DNA of 64,000 nucleotides from Cyanophora paradoxa CCMP329 (lineage: Eukaryota; Plantae; Glaucophyta). Both the position numbers and the translations under genes were made by a program. This document shows, one piece after another, positions 22,922 through 35,169 of the stretch (position 1 is the first letter of the stretch; each line of letters starts with the position of its first letter). The notes beneath the pieces were generated by a model, which saw nothing but the letters and a program-made list of their open reading frames with translations, did no database searches and was not told where the DNA came from. The stretch is from NCBI GenBank assembly GCA_004431415.1, contig QPMI01000523.1, positions 1-64,000 on the forward strand, in the 5' to 3' direction.

Positions 22922-23767
22922 TTATGGGGTTGGGTCATCAATAATATCTGGCTCCATGTAAAACCCTGTAACTGAAAGAGTATCAGGAGTTACACCTCTA
23001 AGAGCTGATACAGCGGCTATATCTGTTCTCAAACCGATAAGAGTTATAGTATATAACCCAATATCTGTAACAAACAAGTCAAAGGTGAAATTATTATTAT
23101 AAACACAGTAGCCATAACCGAAATGATTATATCCCTGAACATTGAAATAGTATTTATGACCTACTTGATTGTTGTTGGCTCTACAAAGGGAAAGCATTGC
23201 AGATGGAATCGCAAGACCTCTCAGTACTCTTTTGGTTCCTTCAATTAATTCCGAGTTTTCAAGAGTAACAGTATATCCAATGTAAAATTGAATTAATGGC
23301 TGCTGTGCGACAGGAGTATATAATCGAATTCGTTGGGGGTCTTCCACATTTTGCTCTAGAGTATCTGGGACATCATTATACGAAATGGAGGATGAGAGTT
23401 GACCTGACACTCTGCAACCACCCCCGATAAATGCTCCTCCTGATCTCACAGTAACAGCAGCAGTATTCTTGTCGAAATCTAGGGCTTTCAGGGCAACACT
23501 GTAAGCATCAGGACCTCCATTTGTAGGCTGGAAGAAGTTAGCATTGGTGACAAGAAGTCGAGTTGTTTTAACCACACCAGAATTCTTATCAGCTCTCAGC
23601 TCTTTAACTCGAATAATCGAATTCTTATCAAAGGAGTTACCATTGGAATTGGGTCTCTCTGTGGATTCTAAACCACGAACCTCATCATTAACTTCATGCT
23701 GGCGAAAATGCATTGCAGGGGATCCAAGGGAATATATTGGAAGTTGAACTCGATTATATTCACCCAT
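22922..23767 (-). CDS. Hypothetical virion or fiber-associated protein, paralog of 22062-22898
   Basis: 281-aa ORF with the shared N-terminal domain. Confidence 0.6.
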   Translation of the reverse strand: MGEYNRVQLPIYSLGSPAMHFRQHEVNDEVRGLESTERPNSNGNSFDKNSIIRVKELRADKNSGVVKTTRLLVTNANFFQPTNGGPDAYSVALKALDFDKNTAAVTVRSGGAFIGGGCRVSGQLSSSISYNDVPDTLEQNVEDPQRIRLYTPVAQQPLIQFYIGYTVTLENSELIEGTKRVLRGLAIPSAMLSLCRANNNQVGHKYYFNVQGYNHFGYGYCVYNNNFTFDLFVTDIGLYTITLIGLRTDIAAVSALRGVTPDTLSVTGFYMEPDIIDDPTP

Positions 23768-23806
23768 GGCTTCTTTTACTAAGAAGGAAAGAAAAATAAA
23801 CTACCA

Positions 23807-24112
23807 TCAAGCCAAAGTGATTAAATTCGATCCAAGGGATTGGTAAACAGTTGAAAGAACTTGCAGGTTGGATGTCATTGCTTTAATGTTGTTATCACAC
23901 TCATTGTATTTAGCAACAGGGTCACCATATGCAGCTTGAGCAAGGACATTAACCAAGAGGTTTTTATACTCATTTACAACTGGTGAGAGCTTGTTAGTTT
24001 GCTGAATCGTTTTTTCAACTGTTTGTAATGCGTTTACAAGGGTGATTGTATCAAAAGAAAGTGCAACAGGCTCAGTAGAATAGGTGGTTCCACCAAGAGG
24101 ATAGGTCGCCAT
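23807..24112 (-). CDS. Hypothetical protein
   Basis: 101-aa ATG ORF packed directly after the fiber stop. Confidence 0.55.
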   Translation of the reverse strand: MATYPLGGTTYSTEPVALSFDTITLVNALQTVEKTIQQTNKLSPVVNEYKNLLVNVLAQAAYGDPVAKYNECDNNIKAMTSNLQVLSTVYQSLGSNLITLA

Positions 24113-27100
24113 TTATAATACTGTGATATTTTTAATTTGGTCTATTTGACTTTGGAGATTCTCACAGGTTTGTGTTAAATCTTTGCATTTTTGGGATAAC
24201 TCCTTCACTGCTTCAATGAGAACCGGAATTAAACCTGTGTATGCAAGGGTCAAATAATTTTCGTGATTTTTACCTACTACTTCTGGTATGACTTTTTCGA
24301 CATCTTGCGCAATCAAACCTAAGTTTACTTTCTGTTTTCCATCACCAATCTTTTTGTAACTCACACCCTGTAATTTCTCAATTGCTGAAAGGGCGCCGGT
24401 TATATTTTTAATGTCGGTTTTGTATCTTCTATCACTTCCTTGTGTAAGCCATCCCCAAAAGTAAACGTCACCATTATTATAAAAAGCTTGCATTGTTATA
24501 TCATTTCCTGCTCTAAAATGGATCATTTCGTAACCATAACCTTTAATGTATGTAGTTGATGATGAACCGAAACAAACTCTCCCATTACCTTCATCTGATG
24601 TTATCCAAGTTCCGGTTGCCCAAGTTGTGCGAGCATCTTTACTATATACATTATCCCAACTGATCATACCATTTGCTGGTGAGGTTCTCCCTTTTTCTTT
24701 CGTCCATCCAACCATACCAATATAACATCTCCCTTTTCTTGCAACAAATCTAACATGTGAGAAATAATCACAAGCAAAAGAAGCCCACGCCAAACCATCG
24801 TGATAATCTGTGGTTCCATAATTTGAGACAGTCTGATAAGTATTAACTCGCATAATGTGGAACCATCGACCTGCTCGATAGCCTCCAATATCGAAATATC
24901 GACAATTCGACCAACACAAATATTGAACATGACATGTTTGCATATTTGCTGGGACTTCAATTTGCGCCCAGTCTCCACTTGTTGAATCACCTTCAACGAT
25001 ACTATAAAATCCATCCACAGGATTAGAAACAGAAGCTGTCCAACCTGTCCCCAAGAACCACTAAATGATAGACCACCACTACCTGTTCCACTCCAAGTAT
25101 CAAAACCTATAATGTTTCCAACTAAACTTGGTGTTAGTAGATTTGGCTTACTATAAATGTTATCCCAAGAAACATAACCTGTGTGACCACCATAACTACT
25201 TCCTGTCCAAGTGCGAGTAAATCCAATGCCCATTATGTGAACTCTTCCTACCTTTGGAATAATACGAAGGCGAATAAAGCGATTTCCCAACATAATAGGG
25301 ACATTTTGTAAACCATTGTGGTTTCCATCTGGTGCGCTTTCATATTGATGATAACTATTCACTCTTGCAATGAAAACCGCATTTCCTTGTCTATTAATTC
25401 CCAAATCTCAAAGTAACGACAATTTACCCAAGGGAGATATGTTAAGTGGGCTGTTCCCGTATATAAATCAGTGGGTATTGTGTAATCAACCCATGAGCCG
25501 TTAACAACAGTGTCGCCACTCTCATTATTGTAAGCATACCCACCGTAATTATAGTAGGGTTCCCATGCTGTTCCACCTTCAAAACCCAACCTCCTGCATA
25601 ACCATGTGGCGAATTTCCTGCAACAGTTGCGTCATACTCTACACATCGAGGCATTGTTTTGTCACCAAATTTATAGTTTGTAGTTGCATTTATTGAACCC
25701 CCATTAATAATTGTTCCACTTAGAGTCGGAGCTGACACAGTATTATTAACTGCAAGGTTACCATTTGAATACGATTTTAATAACCATGCATCTGCTGAGT
25801 TTCTGAATTCGACCGATACACCATCACTATGCTCATAACCTCGAATGTATGTAGTTCCACCATTTCCAAAACAAAATCGTGGGACATTATCCGTTGATTT
25901 TAACCAAGTGGAGACAGCCCATGTTGCTGTTTGTGGGAGGTCTGCGGCTGTAAATAAAGCGGGACGACTGTAAATATTATCCCAACTAATCAAACCATTC
26001 GCTGGTGCTGTTCTTCCTACTTCTTTTGTCCATCCAAGCATTCCAATGTGAATTCGTCCTTTCTTTGCAAAAATTCCAATATGAGAGAAATTCCCACAAA
26101 ATACGGAAGTCCATAATAAACTCGAATGCCAATTTGTGTCGGCTGTGTTTTGAACATTTTGATACGTATTCACTCTCATAATATAATTCCAACGACCATT
26201 GCGGTATCCATAAATATCAAAATATCTTGAATTCGTCCAACATAAGTATTGTATGTGACAGGTTTTCATTCCTGCTGGAACAACACACTGCATGTAGCCA
26301 CTGCCACTTTCATCATCTGTCTGGTTGCAATAAAAACCCTCTACTGGGTTATCTGTTGTGGGTTTCCATGCTGTTGTCCAAGCCCCAGCTGGGAATGCTA
26401 CACCTGTGCTATTCCAACCACTTACAACATCAAACTCGGAATATTTGCCAACAGGATTGAAAGCAATATTATCGTAATGCAATAATCCTGCATCATTATC
26501 AGTTGCTCTTTGTCGACTCCAACCAAAGACACCTGTAAGATAAATGCGACCTTTTCGCCCTTGAACATATATTTTACTGTAAAATTCGCAGTTTACTGAA
26601 GTAAATATTATAGCTGGGTATGTTCCATCTTGAACTGCAACATCCTGAAGTCCTTGATAGTTATTTATTCGTCTTAGGAAATGTTGATGTCCATTTACAG
26701 TTTGCCCGTAAATATCGAAATATCGACAATTATGCCACAGTAAAAGTTGAATATAAAACGATTTCATACCTTCTGGAACTGTCCAACGCATCCAACAACC
26801 CGTAACGTCTGCATCATTCTCAGGTGTCGTATAACATCCGGTTAGTCCCGTTCTATGTCCTGTCCAATTGACAGTCCAATTATTTGCGCTACGATCTGTC
26901 GAAACAGTATCTAATTGATCGAATTCGAAACCTTTCGGTATTGTGTTACCGCCAATTTGTAAAGTGGTAGCATTCACAGTTCCGGTGACAGTCCCACCTG
27001 TAAGAGGCAAATAGTTTGCAAGAGCTGTTGTTAACTCTGCATCTGTTGCATAACTGCTTAAATCTGCAGAGGTAAGATATCCTTTATTGGTAAGGTAATC

Positions 27101-30100
27101 ATCTGTCACTACTCCTGAAAGGGTTGTATTGTGTAAGTTCTTTGCTGCCATCCTCTGATTGACTTCTAAGGCTCCACCTGATGTCGTTTTAATCCATGCA
27201 ATCTCACATTTCCCATGATCATCTGTGGGTTGTCCCACAACAGGAAGGTAGTTTACAACTTTCTCCCTTGTGAACACAATTTTAGGTCTTGCTCCATCAT
27301 ATGCGCTTTGATCTGTAACGTTTATTTGAATAGCTGCTGAAAAATCGGCTACTTGTCCTGTTTCACCTGGGTGATAATTCGTAACATAGATACTGGGGAA
27401 AGTATCATTTACTCCTACATTAAAATCACCATCATAAACTCCATTTACGATTGGATCCCTGGGTAATCTTACTGCAAGAGTTCCCTCCATTGGAGTGCCT
27501 GTTTGACCTGTAAAAGTCCCATTGAGACTAACATAATGATTATTCAAATACAATCTTTCAGGTGTATTACTCGATTGGTAAAGTGTGACTCCATTAAAAA
27601 CATTTCCGATTGCATTCAACTGTGCAAACACTGGTTGTTGATCGATTTCACTCCAAGGGTGTCTGTGATTGCAGTTGGTGATCTGGGAATAATCATGACT
27701 GTGTGGATCAGGTGGAAAGGTTAATGGTGGATTCGTGATATGTTCCCATAAATGCTCATGGGACTGGGTGGGAAGGTTAATGGTGGATTTGTTATATGCT
27801 CCATAAATGCTCATGTGCAAAATCTGTTATTTCATCTTTTGTGTGGGTGTGGTTGTCGATCCAACCTAAAACTACATTGGATGTAGGATGATTTGGTAGA
27901 TTTGCTGCAATATTCACAGTCAAATAGTCGACTTCTAGATTACTTCCGTAAATATTGCTTGCCCATAGATTACTGGTGTAAATGTTACTTGTATAAAGGT
28001 TACTGGTGAAAATGTTACTTGTGACTGTAAGGTTTGTGTCATTTTTGATCACAAAAAGAGAAAGAATGTTTGTTAATTCACCTTCATCAATATATCCTTG
28101 CTCTTCTAAATAATCCTCTGTGACCACTCTCGAAATAGTCTCATTGTGAATATTCTTTGCAGCCATCCTCTGATTGGCTTCCAGAACCCCACCATAGTTT
28201 GTTTTAATCCATGCAAGCTCTGCCCTTCCATAGTTATCATTTGCAGTTCCCACTATGGGAATATAGGAATATTTATCTCGACTGAAAACTATCATTGGTC
28301 TTGATCCATCTAGACTGCTTACATCTGCTACATGAACCTGTATAGCAGAGTTGTAATTTTGGTAGGTTGCTGGGTCTGTTGGGACTCTGAATGTATCTGT
28401 GGGAATGTCAGCCTCCATGTAGCTTGACACAAAGATATTTGGTATGGTTGCTCCTGGTTCAGGTGGTGGATTATAAGAGCCTGGTAATGTCCTAATATGA
28501 AGTGGTCCTCTCATAGCTGAATTCGCAAGTGTCCCATTCACATGAACATAGTGGTGATTCAAAAAGATCCTTTCAGGGACATTGCAAGTCTGGTAAAGAG
28601 AAACTCCCAGAGTAGCAAGAGGCTCAACTTTTGCAAATTCTGGTTGGTCATTGATCTCATCCCAGGTGTGTTCATGGTTGCTTGCTGCAAACTTATCTGG
28701 AATCCCATCAATATCACCCCAATCATGCCTGTGGTCTTCTGGTGGGTATTTCTGTGGTTTGCCTAAGATCTCATCCCAGTCATGATTGTGATCCTCTGGG
28801 GATACTTTGCAGGTTTATTATTAATTTGTTCATAATCAGGAAAGAACTCCCAGATCTCAGGTCGAAATCCATCTGGTAATAATTCCTCATGGGGTTCATA
28901 AGGTTGCTCATAATCAACAGCTGGTGGATCATGCCCATCTGGCAAATACTCCTCATCAGGTTCATAGTTCTGCTCATACTCAAACTCTTGGGGATCTAAG
29001 CCATCTGGTAGTATCTCCTCCTCATTGGGGTCAAACTGATCATATTCATATTCTTGTGGGTCAAAACCATCTGGTAAATATTCTTCCTCATCTGGAACGA
29101 ATTGATATTCATCAAGCTCTAATATATCGACTTCAGGAGGTAAATACTGCTCATCTATTTGCTTTCTGGGTTCAATTATAGGTTTATTGCGAACTTGCTC
29201 CCAACTAACAATATGCTGCCCAAAGGCTACATCTTCAGTTGCTGTGTATTCTCTTCCAGGCTGTTTCTTTGGTGTTAAATCGGGAGGTCCATTTGGAAAT
29301 GGAATAGGGAATGGGACTGTTGGTCCATTGGGACCATAATGCTCAATTATTTCCCTTAGAGTTTTCTCACTCACAAGTTTCTCCCCATTTGCATACACAT
29401 TGCTGCCATGGATATTTCGCCATTGCCTGGTTCTAATTCCAAGGTCTTTCACATTGCTATACAAAGGCAAAAGGTGCCTATCCATTTCGACTAAATCAGG
29501 ATGTAAATGGATTGCTACTGGTTGACTGGGGCTACTGTTGATTGTAATTGATGGCTTTTTTTGATGGACATCTTTTGGAGTAAAGAAACCAAAAGGCTCA
29601 TTTCTTGCAAAGTCATATGTAATATCCTTGGGGTAGACATCATTTGTGTAGGAGACCTGATTTGTATTGGCAATGGGACCCACTTGCAATACTTGGGGGA
29701 CCTCAGCTTTTGCAGTGCTGCCCTCATTGTAAATTCGCAAAGCTGTGTTCTGTTTGCCCTGCTCATCTTGAACATTGAAAATCAATCGACCACTATCGAA
29801 CCTGGAAGGTATATCTGGGTGAGTGCCACTGGTTTTTAGTTTCCTAGGTCTCCTTCTTGTTGCTTTGATCTCTGCCACTTGGTTTGCTTTCACATTACCC
29901 AAACTAAAGGCTACACTGACATCCTCTTTATCTGGATCGGTTTGATTCACAGATAAAGCATGCTCCCTTGATTGAGTCTTTGATGAATTATCAGAGCTGT
30001 GGTCAATTGAAACTGAACCCTTTACTTTAATATTATCAAAGTTCACATGCTTGGTGCTGCTTGCATTATCATCTTGAATGGTTTCTAGATTTGGTGGGTA

Positions 30101-30112
30101 ATTGAAGCTCAT
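24113..30112 (-). CDS. Giant fiber/spike protein (~2000 aa) with C-terminal peptidase S74-type intramolecular chaperone; broken by several single-base frameshifts
   Basis: ORFs 28763-30112, 27792-28562, 25442-27820, 25359-25589, 24664-25404 and 24113-25054 join across short frameshifts. HxHxWxxIxxxP fiber repeats. C-terminus SDRRYKTDI...GLIAQDVEKVIPEVV...LIPVLIEAVKEL. Confidence 0.8.
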
Positions 30113-30155
30113 GGCTTTTACTATATGGATTTATAAAATTCCTGATAAGTAAAAG

Positions 30156-31711
30156 ATGCCTCTCAAGGTCGTTTTAAGTCTTTCTGGCGGGGGTGCAAGG
30201 GGCATTATCATAACCAGGCTGCTAAAAGAAATCGAAAATCGAACTGGCAGGAGAATAATCGATCTTGTGGATCTTGTGAGTGGAACTTCCACTGGTGGGA
30301 TCATTGCAATAGGTTTGAATATAAGGCATCCTGATAAACCAGGTGAACCTAAACTGACAGCAAACGATTTACACAATATTTACCTAACTCAACTGCCCTT
30401 GATTTTCGCAAATCCTCGAAATATAATCGAAAATGCCCTTTTTAATACAAAGTATGATGTGGGACCCTTGGAGACTGCAATCAATTCAGTTACTGGTGAA
30501 TCACTAATACAGGATTCCCTAAAGGACATTGTGATTACATCCTTTGATACTCAGAATATGAAACCAATATTTATCACAAATGACAACAATTACAACTTTA
30601 TGCCCTGTAAGATTGCTGCTAGGGCTACTTCTGCTGCTCCTACATACTTTTCACCTGTAAGCATTGTTGATTTCAATCGGGGAGTATATGTCTGTCTCAT
30701 TGATGGTGCCATTTCTGGAAACAATAATCCCAGTGTGTGTGGTTACAGCCATGCAAAGAAAATTTACAGTGATGATGATGATATTATAGTAATAAGTATA
30801 TCTTGTGGAGAGGTGGACCCACATTTAGAGTCTGATTATGTGGGTTATGCTTATGAGACTGTCAACAGCTGGGGCATTCTCTCATGGATTGCCTCAACAG
30901 ATGGAAGCCCATTGATTAACATGCTCATGGCTGCAAGTGAGCTTTCTGCCCTTGATAAGATGGAGGAGTTGTTACCCTACAACTATGATCAGGATTATGG
31001 GAGATACTATAGGCTATCAGTCCCACTTCCAAATCATATAGTAAGCTCCCTGGATGACACTTCTAAAATCCCAGACATGCTTGCATTCACTGAAACATAC
31101 ATTGCAGCAAACAATGATATGATTAATAAGCTTTGCAGCATTCTAGTAGCAAACTATGAATTAAAGAACCCTTCAAAGGCTTACATATCATCCACTCTCA
31201 CTACATCACCTCCTTTGGATGCAAATTGGTATCAGCTTGCAGATGATGCCTTCACTGCCTCATCCTCTGTGACAGGTAAAGAGCCTTTCATGGCTAGACC
31301 TTCAGCATTTGGCTGGGAAGCTGGAGCCTATGCTCCTGAGCAGATATGGGAAACCCCACTGAATACCTTCAAGTTGCTTTCCCATATACTTTCGAACTCT
31401 CCTCTGTTATTGCCTATGGTTCAGGGGACACCAATGCTTTTATTAAGACTTTCAATGTGGCAACATCCACTGATGGGATCAACTGGTCTTTTATTCGATC
31501 AGATGGGCAGAACAAAATATATGTCTGTGAGAACATTAACAATGCTCACAACTCAGGTGATGTTGCTTTATTGAGTGGATTTCCTCTCAGCATCAAGGAT
31601 GCTTTTTACATAGGTTTTTCTCTCAGAATCAAGTATATTCGCATTTATCCCCTTGTGTATGTGAATGCTCCCACAATGAGAGTGGACTTTACAGGTGCCT
31701 TTATTCGATAA
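30156..31711 (+). CDS. Patatin-like phospholipase fused to an F5/8 type C (discoidin) domain (frameshift ~31350)
   Basis: LSGGGARG, GTSTGG, ARATSAAPTYF and IDGA; C-terminal EYLQV...STDGINW...YIRIYP...MRVDF. Confidence 0.85.
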
Positions 31712-32633
31712 ACTCCAACTGAAAAGAATTGTCGATTCCATTCATATCAATCAGTTCACCAAAGTAATCTTTAAACTCCACAGTGAGTTCCCTTATCACC
31801 AGGTTTCTGTCATTTATCTGAATGAATTCGGCATGCTCACCACTATGGTAAACATAGCCGCCTATATCTTTACTCAATTGCAGTCTAAGGATTGCCCCCT
31901 GGTTATGTGGTTGCGATTTCGGGATTATATTGTGTCTGCTGGCAAAGGGGGACAGCTCTTTAATATGCATGTACAGATACTGCTCAGCATTCATATCAGA
32001 CATCTTCCTGCTGTCAAAATAATATTGCAAGGGCTTAGATGAGAGTCTGGGTCCCGAAAAGGTGGTTCCCCATGCTGGGTGATCAGGTGTAATAGGTTTG
32101 CCATCATACTTTAACAGGTTCTCAGGTCGATAGGGTGATCCACCAACAGGAGGAGTGCTATAATACCCATTGGTGTATTCAGTAGAACTCACACCCAAAA
32201 GCTTCCCTATTCTCTGGTTGCTTGCAATAAAACGAAACTCATGGTTACTGTAAAACTCCACTTTATAGGTAGTTGGGTTATAGAATATCTTGAACTCAAA
32301 AGCTACTGTTTTGCCTGCAATGGTTTGGAAGCTTGAATAGTTCAGCCCATAATTATAAGGGTGTGTTACCCCAAAATGACCCTGGTTAATGTAGCCACTG
32401 GGAAGGGGATACACTTTCTGTGTGATGATTTCATTGTATGAACCATCTTGGTAATTAAACTGAACTGTTAGATGATCAGTTCCCACACTGTTATAGATAC
32501 TGTTTGGAATCTCTGCATAGAGAACCCTACATTCCCTTGGTCTCTCTACTGGAGTTGTGAGAGTGACCCTGTAAGAGTTTTCATTTTGTCCTTGGCTTCT
32601 ATCCCTGCTATCAATATTAACAAGTCGATTCAT
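31701..32633 (-). CDS. Minor capsid protein (penton) 1
   Basis: VNIDSRDR...AEIPNSIYN N-terminus and ELTVEFKDYFGELIDMNG.DNSFQLEF C-terminus, typical of PLV/NCLDV single jelly-roll pentons. Confidence 0.75.
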   Translation of the reverse strand: MNRLVNIDSRDRSQGQNENSYRVTLTTPVERPRECRVLYAEIPNSIYNSVGTDHLTVQFNYQDGSYNEIITQKVYPLPSGYINQGHFGVTHPYNYGLNYSSFQTIAGKTVAFEFKIFYNPTTYKVEFYSNHEFRFIASNQRIGKLLGVSSTEYTNGYYSTPPVGGSPYRPENLLKYDGKPITPDHPAWGTTFSGPRLSSKPLQYYFDSRKMSDMNAEQYLYMHIKELSPFASRHNIIPKSQPHNQGAILRLQLSKDIGGYVYHSGEHAEFIQINDRNLVIRELTVEFKDYFGELIDMNGIDNSFQLEFIE

Positions 32634-32662
32634 TTTAATATATAAATATAGATAAAAGAAGA

Positions 32663-33673
32663 ATGCCTGTGGATTACATCGAGGTTAGCTCATTTAATAC
32701 AATCTCTGGTGATGGTCCCACATCAAGCTTTGTGGCAAGACTCCCCAGTAGTTATGAGAATGTGAGGGCTGTGAGACTGGTCTCAGCCGAATTTTATAAC
32801 AGCATCCCTATGGTGAGTGGTGAAACCAAAGTAGGAGATGTGACAGTTGACAATGCATTTAGCATTTATTATTCTGAACAAACTCCTGGAGCTGGAAGCT
32901 CAGGAATTCCAACAGTTCGCCCAGCTGCTGACTATGAACAATGGAAACAATTCATTATAAGTCGAAACACCCCCATCCAAAGCCACCAGCAACTGGTGAA
33001 TGTAATTAACTCTAAATTCGAAGGCAGAAATCCCCAACCATCCATTCGCTGCAAATGGGATGAATCACTGAAACGAATTATATTCCACTCAGCAGTACCA
33101 TTTTACTTGGCTTTCTCAGTAGCTGTGAACCCAAGCCAACAAACAATCCAAAAGCTGTTGAGTTCAGCTAGACTGCTGGGTCTTGATCCTGGAAGATATG
33201 GTAACTCCCCAATCCAATCACAGGTCTATGATGCTCTCACTGATGGAATCTTTACTGGTGGTCGCGTGAATGGCATTATATCTTCTTTTGAGCCTGAGAA
33301 GACCAGGGACAGTGTTTTGTTTGTGAGAGTAAAGGAGCTGGGTGATCTGGTGCAATGTGGGGATGGTCTTCTGACTGGTTACTTTCACAAAATAGTGGTC
33401 CCTGATAAAGACTATGGTGAGCATGTTGTTTACAATTCAACAGAGGCTCATCCACTTTATAAATACTATAACAAAAAGGTTGGATTATCCACTTTCTCGG
33501 TTGATATTGTTAATGCTGTAAATGAACCAATTGATTTTGAGGGTCAACCTGTTCATCTGACCTTTGAAATTCGCTATGGTGATGAGCCAGCAGGAGACCC
33601 AGTTTATGAATACTTTAAGATGAGAATGTCGCAGCTTCACCCTTCCTATCCAGTTATTACAAGCTTCGCATAA
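32663..33673 (+). CDS. Minor capsid protein (penton) 2
   Basis: YIEVSS...LPSSYENVRAVRLVSAEFYNS and FSVDIVNAVNEPIDFEGQPVHLTFEI, the same architecture as penton 1. Confidence 0.7.
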   Translation: MPVDYIEVSSFNTISGDGPTSSFVARLPSSYENVRAVRLVSAEFYNSIPMVSGETKVGDVTVDNAFSIYYSEQTPGAGSSGIPTVRPAADYEQWKQFIISRNTPIQSHQQLVNVINSKFEGRNPQPSIRCKWDESLKRIIFHSAVPFYLAFSVAVNPSQQTIQKLLSSARLLGLDPGRYGNSPIQSQVYDALTDGIFTGGRVNGIISSFEPEKTRDSVLFVRVKELGDLVQCGDGLLTGYFHKIVVPDKDYGEHVVYNSTEAHPLYKYYNKKVGLSTFSVDIVNAVNEPIDFEGQPVHLTFEIRYGDEPAGDPVYEYFKMRMSQLHPSYPVITSFA

Positions 33674-33698
33674 ATTAAGGATCATTGGTAGATTTTTT

Positions 33699-35096
33699 AT
33701 GTTGCAGTATAATAAAAGAGAATATAATGGATATCACTTCCACTCTTCAAAGACTTTCGCTGAAAGAAGCCCTAACAACCCAGAAGAGGCGAAAGCCTTT
33801 TTCCTGGATAACTCCCTTATGCTTGGTCTCGAATCCAAATCTAAGCCAGTTCTAGTTGTTGTGAATCCCAGCAATACTTTTGAGAATAATGTTGGAAATC
33901 GCATTTCCTTCAAGCTACCTCGCTACAATTTCTGTGGAAAACTCGAACTTGCTTTCGACCTTCCAGCCATCACTTTTGCTGGTGATACTGACCTAGTTCG
34001 CAATGGATACACTCGCCCAGTTGGTGCTTTAGTTCAGCGACTTGAAATTACCTATGGATCTTACACCTACCATATTCCATCTGATTTCCTTGCTCATTTC
34101 CCCCTGGTCTATTATTCGGAGGATCAACTAGCTAAAAAGAAGCGATCAATGGGCATGGTTCATGGCATTCCTGCTCATGGAACCAACCGCCTTGGTGGCT
34201 CATTTTTCGTTGAAATCCCTGTGCCTTGGCTAAATCACTACCTTCCCCTTGGTGCTTTATCTGGTGAAATGGTTGTTACTGTTTGGTTTAAGGATGCTGG
34301 AAAGGGTTATGTTGAAACTTCCTATGGTGGTCGTGGTCTTACTGTTGCAGCAGCTGATGTAGATTATTCAAAAGATGACGGTCTTGGAACTGCCCCTGCT
34401 GAAACTGTTCTGGCAAATGTTGGTCAAAACATCACAGACTTTACTCTTGGTGCAACAACCCCTGTCATTTCTATTACTTCTCCTCGCCTTTACATGCATG
34501 CTATTAATGTTTCTGATGAGCTTTTCGCTACTGTAATTGAAAAAGTAAAGACTACTGGCATGGCTATTCCCTCCCTTGATATTGGATTTGTAGATGCTAG
34601 TGCTTTCCCTGCCAAGGGCAATGCCCAACCCAATCGAATTAACCTCTCTCAAATCTCAGGTCTTGTATATGCTCTGCTTGTTTCAGTTCGTGATAATGCA
34701 ACTGTTGATAAATCCACTGGCTCCCACAGTGTTCTTAAGACCTATGCCAACTCCAAAGACATCACATTCACAACTGAAATAAATGGACAGCGACTTTTTG
34801 CCACTGAGCCAATTTCCCTACTCAAAGGTGCTGAGCTAATTGCTGATGCCTTCAAATGCTCTAACATGGATAAGGTTGCTGATCGCTATGTCCTTTCAGG
34901 ACTCCCATTCTGCCTTGATGGAGAAAAGGCAATTCGAAATATTGCTCAAAGTGGATTTGTTGACCTGACAAATTCCTCATCTTCATTCCTCACCCTCTAC
35001 ATGCCTTCAGATAAGACAATTGATGTTAATGTTCGCGCTCTCATGCATAGCTTTATTATTGTAGACAAAGATGGATTACGTCGTATAAATTTGTAG
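33699..35096 (+). CDS. Major capsid protein (double jelly-roll, PLV type); true start probably ATG 33727 with a frameshift
   Basis: ~465 aa, beta-rich; RISFKLPR...LAFDLPAI...VQRLEITYG...FVEIPVPW...LPLGAL; lies between the pentons and the ATPase. Confidence 0.75.
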   Translation: MLQYNKREYNGYHFHSSKTFAERSPNNPEEAKAFFLDNSLMLGLESKSKPVLVVVNPSNTFENNVGNRISFKLPRYNFCGKLELAFDLPAITFAGDTDLVRNGYTRPVGALVQRLEITYGSYTYHIPSDFLAHFPLVYYSEDQLAKKKRSMGMVHGIPAHGTNRLGGSFFVEIPVPWLNHYLPLGALSGEMVVTVWFKDAGKGYVETSYGGRGLTVAAADVDYSKDDGLGTAPAETVLANVGQNITDFTLGATTPVISITSPRLYMHAINVSDELFATVIEKVKTTGMAIPSLDIGFVDASAFPAKGNAQPNRINLSQISGLVYALLVSVRDNATVDKSTGSHSVLKTYANSKDITFTTEINGQRLFATEPISLLKGAELIADAFKCSNMDKVADRYVLSGLPFCLDGEKAIRNIAQSGFVDLTNSSSSFLTLYMPSDKTIDVNVRALMHSFIIVDKDGLRRINL

Positions 35097-35169
35097 TAAT
35101 CTTACCATTTCTCGTAAGGCATTTAAAGAAAAAATGATTATTTATTTTTGAAATCTTTTACAAAGTAAA

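Noticed and set aside
24113-28562. Diversity-generating retroelement acting on the fiber repeats
   Set aside because: The repeats appear diverged at all bases rather than adenine-specifically, and the only RT is DIRS/PAT type.
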